Below, in pieces: positions 56,722 through 64,000 of a stretch of DNA of 64,000 bases. Position 1 is the first letter of the stretch. Every line of letters starts with the position of its first letter. Position numbers and translations under genes: made by a program. The notes under the pieces are model-generated. The model searched no databases. It was not told the origin of the DNA and saw only the letters and a list, made by a program, of their open reading frames with translations. Source of the DNA: Bacilli bacterium (lineage in GTDB: Bacteria; Bacillota_I; Bacilli_A; ML615J-28; CAG-313); assembly GCA_045536365.1 (NCBI GenBank), contig JAZSNL010000030.1, forward strand, positions 91,748 to 155,747, written 5' to 3'.

Positions 56722-58497
56722 ATGGTTTTCGGAAAACATATTAATAAATACTATAAAAAGTATTTTTGGTATTTTGTTTTTGGTATATTAACATTAATAT
56801 TTGTTGACTATATTCAATTATTTATTCCTAAGATTGTTGGTAGTATTGTTGATACTTTAAAAGAAAATGGTATTGGTGAAAATAATTGGACTTTCCTTAT
56901 TACGCAAGTTTTATATATAGTTACAATAGGATGTGGAATGTTTTTTGGTAGATTTTTATGGCGTATCTGTATTTTTGGTGAATCAGTTAGAATTCAAGCT
57001 GATTTAAGAAGAGATATGTTTGAAAAAACTGAAGTTTTAACACAAAGATTTTATAAGAAAAATAAAACAGGTGCTTTACTTGCATATTTTAGTAATGACT
57101 TAGAAACTTTAGAAGAAGCACTAGGTTTTGGTATTGTTCAATTAGTTGATGGTGTTTTCTTACTTATTATGTCAATCATTAAAATGGTTGGTATTAATAG
57201 AAACTTAACTTTTATTGTTTTAATACCTCTTGGATTACTAGGTATTTCTGCTTTCTTTATTGATAGAATAATGGAAGCTAAATATGAAAAACGTCAAAAA
57301 GCGTATGAAGATATGAGTGATTTTGCACAAGAAAGTTTTACTGGTATAAGAGTAGTTAAAGCTTTTGTTAAAGAAAAGAAAGAATTACATCAATTTGCAA
57401 AACAAGCAAAGAAGAATAAAGATGCTAATATTGGATTTGTACGTACTTCATGTGCATTAGATGTTATTTTTGATGTATTAATTTATTTAGTATTTGGTAT
57501 TATTTTATTCGGTGGAAGTTATTTAGTATATTTATATATTTCATCTAAAGGAGACGCTGGTATAAGCGTAGGTAAATTAGTTGAATTTGTTGGATATGCT
57601 GATACTTTAATATGGCCAGTATTTGCACTTGCGAGTGTTATTAATTTAATAGCACGTGCAAGAACATCATATAAACGTATTTCATCATTACTTGATGAAG
57701 AAGTTGAAATTGTTGATGATCAAGTTGTTATTCCTGATGAAATTAAAGGATCAATTGAATTTAAAAATTTCAATTTCGCTTTCCCTGATGATCCAGAAAA
57801 TAATGTATTAAAAGATATTAATATTTCTATTAATGCAGGAGAAACAATTGGAGTTGTTGGTAAAATAGGTAGTGGTAAATCAACATTAGTAAATATGTTA
57901 TTTAGATTATATAATGTTGAAGAAAATACATTATTTATTGATGGATATGATATTATGCATTTACCAGTTAAATTAGTACGCGAAGTAATTGGTTATTGTC
58001 CACAAGATAATTTCTTATTCTCTGATACAGTAAGAAGTAATATAGCTTTTTCTAATCCAAATATTGAACAAGAAAAAGTAGAAGCTGCTGCTGAGTTTGC
58101 TTGTGTTAAAGCAAACATTGAAGACTTTTCTAATAAATACGATACTTTAATCGGTGAAAAAGGCGTATCTTTATCAGGTGGTCAAAAACAAAGAATCTCA
58201 ATTGCAAGAGCAGTAATTAAAGATCCTAAAATCTTAGTATTAGATGACTCTGTAAGTGCAGTTGACGTTAAAACAGAAGAAGAAATTTTACATAATATTA
58301 AAACTCAAAGAAAAGGTAAAACTACTATTCTTCTTGCATCTCGTGTTTCAACAGTAAAATCTTTAGATAAGATTTTAGTATTAAAAGATGGAAAAGTAGA
58401 TGCATTTGGTACTCATGATGAATGTTTAGAAAAATCAAGAGTTTACACAAGAATGGTTGAACTCCAAACTTTAGAGAAAGAATTGGAGGGTGAATAA
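56722..58497 (+). CDS. ABC exporter, fused permease/ATPase (heterodimer subunit 1, YheI/MdlA-like)
   Basis: GKIGSGKST, LSGGQKQRISIARA, LVLDDSVSAVD (degenerate site). Confidence 0.93.
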   Translation: MVFGKHINKYYKKYFWYFVFGILTLIFVDYIQLFIPKIVGSIVDTLKENGIGENNWTFLITQVLYIVTIGCGMFFGRFLWRICIFGESVRIQADLRRDMFEKTEVLTQRFYKKNKTGALLAYFSNDLETLEEALGFGIVQLVDGVFLLIMSIIKMVGINRNLTFIVLIPLGLLGISAFFIDRIMEAKYEKRQKAYEDMSDFAQESFTGIRVVKAFVKEKKELHQFAKQAKKNKDANIGFVRTSCALDVIFDVLIYLVFGIILFGGSYLVYLYISSKGDAGISVGKLVEFVGYADTLIWPVFALASVINLIARARTSYKRISSLLDEEVEIVDDQVVIPDEIKGSIEFKNFNFAFPDDPENNVLKDINISINAGETIGVVGKIGSGKSTLVNMLFRLYNVEENTLFIDGYDIMHLPVKLVREVIGYCPQDNFLFSDTVRSNIAFSNPNIEQEKVEAAAEFACVKANIEDFSNKYDTLIGEKGVSLSGGQKQRISIARAVIKDPKILVLDDSVSAVDVKTEEEILHNIKTQRKGKTTILLASRVSTVKSLDKILVLKDGKVDAFGTHDECLEKSRVYTRMVELQTLEKELEGE

Positions 58498-58498
58498 T

Positions 58499-60379
58499 AT
58501 GGCAGAACATGTATATGAACAACAAGATAGACATATGTCCGATTCTGAGATATTAAAAAGAACATGGGTTTATATTAAACCACATGCGTATAAATTATTC
58601 TTAGTTTTACTTGTTTTAATAGTAATGATTTTTATTAACCTTGCAACAAGTATTTTACCTGGGGTAATAACAAGTTCACTTGGTTCTATATCAGATCAAT
58701 TTAAAGATCAAACAATTACATTAGATGATATGAAACCAATATTTACAATATGTATTATCTTAATCAGTTTAAATCTTACTAACTCAGCATTTATATATAT
58801 AACAACAATGTCATTACAAAGAATAGGACAAGGTATTATTTATGATTTAAGATTAATGGTATTTGATCATATATCAAATATGTCAATATCACAAATTAAT
58901 GAAATACCAGTTGGTTCTTTAGTAACAAGAGTTGCTTCTGATACAAATACATTAAGTGATTTATTTACAAATACAATTGTAAACTTAATTAAAAATGTAA
59001 TTATGTTAGTAGCAGTTATCGGTATAATGTATGCGATAGACTGGAGAATAGCAAGTGTATTAATGGCATTTATTCCAATTATTGGTATTAGTTCATTAAT
59101 ATTTAGAAAACTATTAAGAAATAACTATCGTAAAGTAAGACATAGTTTTTCAGTAATGAATGCCTTCTTAAATGAAAATATTTCTGGTATGAAAATAACA
59201 CAAATATTTAATCAAGAAGAACAAAAATTAAATGAATTTGATCGTTTAAATAATAATATTGTTACCGCAAGAAAAAGAGATATTAAACTCTTCGCAACAT
59301 ATCGTCCATTTATAACATTTGTTTATTATTTAGCACTTGCGGCAGTATTTGGATTTGGAACATACTTCTGTGTTGCACACGGAGTAGTTACAAGCCCATC
59401 ACTTGAAAAAGCTATTTCATTATTTAATGCCGGAGCTGGTTTAACAGTAGTTGGTATTATTCATATATTCTATACTTTAATTGGTAGATTCTTTAATCCA
59501 ATCCAACAATTAGCTGACCAATTAAATTCACTACAAAGAGCATTTACATCATGTGAAAGATTATATAATTTATTAGATATTAAACCTGATTTCCATGATA
59601 CAGAAGAATCAGTTGATGTAGAACACTTTGAAGGAGATATTGAATTTAAAAACGTATGGTTTGCATATAAAGAAGGAGAATGGATCTTAAAAGATGTATC
59701 TTTCCATGTTAAACCAAAAGAAGTTGTTGCTTTCGTTGGAGCAACAGGGGCTGGTAAAACAACAATCTTACAATTAATAGTAAGAAACTATGAAATCCAA
59801 AAAGGACAAATCCTAATAGATGGTAAAGATATTAGAACAATTAAAATAAAATCATTAAGAAAAGGAATTGGTCAAATGTTACAAGACGTATTCCTATTCT
59901 CAGGATCAATTAAATCTAATATCACATTAAGAGATGATACAATCTCCGATGAAGAAGTTTTAGAAGCATGTAAATATGTTAATGCTGATCAATTCGTTGA
60001 TAAATTACCAAATGGATTAAATGAAGAAGTTCAAGAAGGTGGTAATAACTTCTCAAGTGGTCAAAGACAATTATTGTCTTTTGCACGAACAGTAGTACAT
60101 AAACCACAAATCTTAATCCTTGATGAAGCAACAGCTAATATTGATACAGAAACAGAAAAAATCATTCAAGATTCACTTGAAAAAATGATGAACATTGGAA
60201 CAATGTTAATAGTAGCTCATAGACTATCAACTATTCAACATGCTGATAATATTATCTGTTTACAAAAAGGACAAATCATTGAACAAGGTAATCATCAAGA
60301 ATTATTACATCAAAAAGGATACTATTATAATTTATATCGATTACAATATCAAGATCAAGAAGAAGGATTTGAAGAATAA
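58499..60379 (+). CDS. ABC exporter, fused permease/ATPase (heterodimer subunit 2, YheH/MdlB-like)
   Basis: GATGAGKTT, FSSGQRQLLSFAR, ILDEATANID, IVAHRLSTI; start set at ATG 58499. Confidence 0.93.
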   Translation: MAEHVYEQQDRHMSDSEILKRTWVYIKPHAYKLFLVLLVLIVMIFINLATSILPGVITSSLGSISDQFKDQTITLDDMKPIFTICIILISLNLTNSAFIYITTMSLQRIGQGIIYDLRLMVFDHISNMSISQINEIPVGSLVTRVASDTNTLSDLFTNTIVNLIKNVIMLVAVIGIMYAIDWRIASVLMAFIPIIGISSLIFRKLLRNNYRKVRHSFSVMNAFLNENISGMKITQIFNQEEQKLNEFDRLNNNIVTARKRDIKLFATYRPFITFVYYLALAAVFGFGTYFCVAHGVVTSPSLEKAISLFNAGAGLTVVGIIHIFYTLIGRFFNPIQQLADQLNSLQRAFTSCERLYNLLDIKPDFHDTEESVDVEHFEGDIEFKNVWFAYKEGEWILKDVSFHVKPKEVVAFVGATGAGKTTILQLIVRNYEIQKGQILIDGKDIRTIKIKSLRKGIGQMLQDVFLFSGSIKSNITLRDDTISDEEVLEACKYVNADQFVDKLPNGLNEEVQEGGNNFSSGQRQLLSFARTVVHKPQILILDEATANIDTETEKIIQDSLEKMMNIGTMLIVAHRLSTIQHADNIICLQKGQIIEQGNHQELLHQKGYYYNLYRLQYQDQEEGFEE

Positions 60380-60823
60380 AGAATCTGTAACTATACGTTA
60401 CAGATTTTTTATATTATTGAAAATATTCTTTTTTAATAATAAATAGTGTATTAAAATATACTATAAAGAATAATATAAATCATTGTTTTGAAAATTTAAC
60501 AATTTATATTTTCACAAAAATGTGAAATTGTGCTCTAATTTTTTTACAAAAATGTGAAATTTCATTCTTTTTTGCATACAAAAATGTGTGTAAAAAACTT
60601 GATATTCATTACTTAAAAGATTTTTTAAGACACAGAATATATAAAATGGAGATAGTTTTATAATAAAAAGTGTTATTTTAAACTTAAAAAAGTATTAAGT
60701 AAAAATATAAATAAACATAAGATGTTATATACGAAGTGACTAGAGCTATTACGTCAAAAAAGATATTATTATAATTTATATCGATTACAATATCAAGATC
60801 AAGAAGAAGGATTTAAAGAATAA
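60303..60823 (+). repeat. 77-bp direct repeat of the ABC gene 3' end (60303-60379 and 60747-60823; 73/77 identical)
   Basis: Direct alignment; each copy is followed by its own terminator hairpin. Confidence 0.9.
60514..60588 (+). repeat. Three direct repeats ACAAAAATGTG at exact 32-bp pitch
   Basis: Starts at 60514, 60546 and 60578. Confidence 0.8.
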
Positions 60824-60889
60824 GACCTACAATGTAGGTCTTTTTTGTTTAAATATTGAAAAAAATAATAATTTATGATATAATTAGAT

Positions 60890-61015
60890 CGGTCCACTCA
60901 TACGACCTTAAACATGGAGTGTGGAAAGGAAACGACTAGAAAACCGAGTACTGTAATTTTTATAATAGGTATCGTTATTCCATTATATTAAAAAAGACCA
61001 TTTGGTCTTTTTTTC
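60890..61015 (+). ncRNA. Candidate small non-coding RNA (family unassigned)
   Basis: TTGAAA-17 nt-(TG)TATAAT promoter at 60856-60884, GC-richer body with pairings (TCGGT/ACCGA, CCACTC/GAGTGTGG), terminator AAAGACCA/TGGTCTTT followed by Ts; no ORF with an RBS. Confidence 0.4.
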
Positions 61016-61095
61016 TTTTACTATAAAATCGACAAAATATTTTAATTTGTTATATAATATATGAGTAGTTTCAATATATACAAGGAGGATGACTT

Positions 61096-62166
61096 ATGTA
61101 TTTACAAAAAGTACAACATGATGAATTTAAAATGATATATGAAGAAATGGAAAAAAACTTTGTTTTAGAAGAAAGAAGAGACTATAAAGAAGCATATGAA
61201 GTATTAGATAATAAATTATTTAATCTTTTTCATTTAATTGAAAATGATGAAAAAGTAGGATTTATATCAATATGGGAACTTAAAGGATTTGCTTTTATTG
61301 AACACTTTGTAGTATATGAACAATATCGTAATAAAGGTTATGGTAAACTTGCGATAGAATTATTAAAACAAAAATACGATAAAATGGTATTAGAAGCAGA
61401 AACACCTAAAGATCAAATATGTATTAGAAGATTAAATTTTTATCAAAGACTAGGATTTAATATTAATACTCAATATTATTATCAACCATCATATCGAGAA
61501 AACGGTGAAGGAACTGAACTTCATATATTAAGTTATCCTACTTTACTTGATAACTTTGAATATGTAGTATATCAATTATATAGTAAAGTATATAAAATAA
61601 ACAGTATTATTAGACCTTTAACATTAGAAGATGATTTAGATCAAACTGCTAAATTAATATATGAAACTGATCCATATATTTATCCTTATTTATTTAATGA
61701 CAATAAAGAAGAAGGAATTAAAGTATTAAAACAAATGATTTTGAATGATACTATTTATAATTATAAAAATATCATAGTAGCATCATTTGAATCAAAAATA
61801 GTAGGAATAGTTGTTTTAAAGAAAACACCTATTAAAATATCATTAGAAGAAATGGCAAATAGTTTCATTGAAGCAGGCGCCATTATTGATGAAAGATTTA
61901 AAAGAGTATTTAATGAATATTATTTACCAATGGAATCAATTGATTCAGGAACATATATTGCAAATGTATGTATCGATGAAGCATACTATGGATGTTCAAT
62001 ATCTAAATATATGTTAAAACAAATATTAAAAGATGATGAAACATATCATCTAGAAGTTATTATTGCAAATAAAGTTGCGGTAGGATTATATCAAAGCTTA
62101 GGATTTGAAATAGAATATGATTATCCAGGATTCTTTGATGTACCATGTTATAAAATGAAAAAATAA
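61096..62166 (+). CDS. Tandem (two-domain) GNAT acetyltransferase
   Basis: FIEHFVVYEQYRNKGYG...RRLNFYQRLGF and YIANVCIDEAYYGCSI...AVGLYQSLGF. Confidence 0.85.
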   Translation: MYLQKVQHDEFKMIYEEMEKNFVLEERRDYKEAYEVLDNKLFNLFHLIENDEKVGFISIWELKGFAFIEHFVVYEQYRNKGYGKLAIELLKQKYDKMVLEAETPKDQICIRRLNFYQRLGFNINTQYYYQPSYRENGEGTELHILSYPTLLDNFEYVVYQLYSKVYKINSIIRPLTLEDDLDQTAKLIYETDPYIYPYLFNDNKEEGIKVLKQMILNDTIYNYKNIIVASFESKIVGIVVLKKTPIKISLEEMANSFIEAGAIIDERFKRVFNEYYLPMESIDSGTYIANVCIDEAYYGCSISKYMLKQILKDDETYHLEVIIANKVAVGLYQSLGFEIEYDYPGFFDVPCYKMKK

Positions 62167-62185
62167 AGAAACGAGGATAATTAAA

Positions 62186-63526
62186 ATGGGAAATATCGAT
62201 TTATTTATAAGCTACGAACATGAATCAAAAATAATAGCAGATAATATCTGCTCTGTATTAGAATCAAAAGGAATCCGTTGTTGGTACGCTCCTAGAGACG
62301 TTAGAGGCGATTATGCAACATCAATAGTTGAAGCAATCGAACACTGCAAAGTTTTCGTTTTAGTACTAAACCCTGCAGCATCTGAATCTCCACATGTTTT
62401 AAACGAAGTAGAAATGGCATATCAACGTATTTTAAAAGGAGAAATTACAATTGTTCCTTTTAAAGTAGAAAATGGTGTTTTCTCTAAAGCAATGGAATAC
62501 TATGTAAAAAGATTACATTGGATAGATGCCGCAAGTGATTCACTTGATAAAGCGATCTTAGAATTATATGAAAAACTAATACCAGTATTAGGAATTGAAA
62601 GAGTAACAACTAATGAAAATAATAATGATGAAAATCATGAAACTAATTTAAAAAGAAAAGTGAATCAATATTATTCAGCTGATGACTTAGTAGAAGTTAA
62701 AAGATTATATGGTGAAGAAGCATTCTTATATGATATTGAAAGACCATATTATGATCGATTATTCTATAATAAAGAAAAAGCAGTTGTTTTAGATTTTAAT
62801 GTACTTTGTCCTTATCATGCGGTAAAGAAATTTGCAGATCGTACAGAAGTATCAAAAGTAGCTTATTTAACATACAGTGAAGCTTCAGTAATGGAAGGAA
62901 ATGAAATGTTAAAACAAAATGGCGATAATGAAAATAAAAAATTCTTCCTTTTTGATCAATCTACAACAAAAGTAGAAGAAGCTTTACCTAAAATCTTAAA
63001 TGAATTAAACGCAACAGGATTTGATTTCTTAAATCTAACAATGTCAATAATGGACTTTGGAAACCCATTCAAAATCTTAAATAAAATTAAAAAATTCTTA
63101 AATCCCGGAGCAGTTGCATTTATAAGAGACGTTGATGATGGTGTAGTATTTGCATATCCTGATGAAAAAGGCTTATTTAAAGAAGTTCAAAACTTCTATA
63201 AATATGATACATTAAGTGGATCAAGAGAATCAGGAAGACAAATCTATGATTTAATGAAAAAACTAGGCGCAATCGATGTAAGATTAGAAAGATGTGGTAT
63301 TAATACAACAGGAATGGATTATCATCGTAAACACCTTGTATTTGAAAGTTGGTTTGGTTTTATTCCAAATGATTTTAAAATCATGTTAGAACGTGATCCT
63401 CAAGATAAAATTGCGAAAAAGATAGTTGAATGGTTAGATGAACATTATGATGATTTAGAAGAACAATTCTCACAACCTAATTTTATCTTTAATTCAGGAT
63501 ATGTTATTTATACAGTAAGATTTTAA
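62186..63526 (+). CDS. TIR-domain protein fused to a class I methyltransferase-like domain
   Basis: LFISYEHES...GIRCWYAPRD...VFVLVL...SPHVLNEVEMA (TIR_2 with Glu); C-terminal FDFLNLTMSIMDFGNPFKILNKIKKFLNPGAVAFIRDVDDG resembles MTase post-motif II/III. Confidence 0.8.
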   Translation: MGNIDLFISYEHESKIIADNICSVLESKGIRCWYAPRDVRGDYATSIVEAIEHCKVFVLVLNPAASESPHVLNEVEMAYQRILKGEITIVPFKVENGVFSKAMEYYVKRLHWIDAASDSLDKAILELYEKLIPVLGIERVTTNENNNDENHETNLKRKVNQYYSADDLVEVKRLYGEEAFLYDIERPYYDRLFYNKEKAVVLDFNVLCPYHAVKKFADRTEVSKVAYLTYSEASVMEGNEMLKQNGDNENKKFFLFDQSTTKVEEALPKILNELNATGFDFLNLTMSIMDFGNPFKILNKIKKFLNPGAVAFIRDVDDGVVFAYPDEKGLFKEVQNFYKYDTLSGSRESGRQIYDLMKKLGAIDVRLERCGINTTGMDYHRKHLVFESWFGFIPNDFKIMLERDPQDKIAKKIVEWLDEHYDDLEEQFSQPNFIFNSGYVIYTVRF

Positions 63527-63589
63527 ATAAAAATGGTAGTTTTCTACCATTTTTTCATTTATATGGTATAATATATTAAGGAGGTATAT

Positions 63590-64000
63590 ATGTTAGAAGA
63601 CAATAGAAAGAAACTATATAATGTAATATTCCCGATATGGTTTATAATGTTATTTCCAGTTGCCTGGCTAGTTATTATACCTTGTAATTTTTTAATAGAT
63701 AGCTTAGTTTTAATATTAAGTATGCTTATTTTAAAAATTAATAATCGAAAAGAAGTGTATAAAAAATCAATTATTAAAATTGTTTTATTTGGTTTTTTAG
63801 CAGATATTATAGGTGCTGGTTTATTATTATTAGTAAGTTACTTATTTGAATTAACAGATGAAATATATATTACTTTACCTGCAATGATTATATCAGCTAT
63901 TTTAATTTTTATATTTAATTATTTTATTACTTTTAAAAAGTTTGATAAAAAGAATAGATTAAAATTATCAATAATTTATATGGTTGTAACTGCACCATAT
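63590..64000 (+). CDS. Multi-pass membrane protein (3' partial); not in the ORF track
   Basis: RBS AGGAGG, ATG 63590, MLEDNRKKLYNVIFPIWFIMLFPVAWLVIIPCNFLIDSL..., open to the window end. Confidence 0.75.
   Translation, partial: MLEDNRKKLYNVIFPIWFIMLFPVAWLVIIPCNFLIDSLVLILSMLILKINNRKEVYKKSIIKIVLFGFLADIIGAGLLLLVSYLFELTDEIYITLPAMIISAILIFIFNYFITFKKFDKKNRLKLSIIYMVVTAPY

Noticed and set aside
62186-63526. Canonical Thoeris, CBASS or Pycsar system
   Set aside because: No SIR2/Macro/SLOG effector or nucleotide cyclase gene is adjacent within the window.
1-64000. Genetic code 4 (TGA=Trp) as in Mycoplasma
   Set aside because: Long ORFs are intact under the standard code and the Trp codons checked are TGG; TGA read-through is not needed for any gene.

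Overview
Very AT-rich bacterial chromosomal window. It uses the standard genetic code, nearly all genes lie on the + strand, and it is rich in lipoproteins. It is most consistent with a low-GC Bacillota/Acholeplasmatales-like gut anaerobe (inference only). From left to right: (1) the right end of an integrative element (TnpV-like gene, small ORFs, large serine recombinase) whose att core lies inside the 3' end of the recombinase gene; (2) an ECF sigma/anti-sigma pair, a second extended ECF sigma factor, an XRE regulator and several lipoproteins; (3) fucO and glpK, with a 730-bp recombinase-less mini-element splitting a terminator hairpin at 17.2-17.9 kb; (4) two SipW-type signal peptidase/TasA-like fibre loci (21.1-32.6 kb, ending in a 2401-aa adhesin-like gene, and 53.6-56.6 kb); (5) an AbiEi-like antitoxin whose toxin gene has collapsed; (6) MBL hydrolase, MsrA fusion and M28 peptidase; (7) six TerB-like paralogs around a tryptophanase-family lyase, followed by a DUF4062-NTPase; (8) two CNNM/CBS proteins, an orphan Phd antitoxin, feoAB, a cation/H+ antiporter and a heterodimeric ABC exporter with a duplicated 3' end; (9) a candidate sRNA, a double GNAT and a TIR/methyltransferase-fold fusion. 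Several deletion scars of accessory genes recur, three of them marked by triple direct repeats at 32-33 bp pitch. No rRNA, intact tRNA or CRISPR array was seen. All family assignments come from motif recognition by eye, not database searches.
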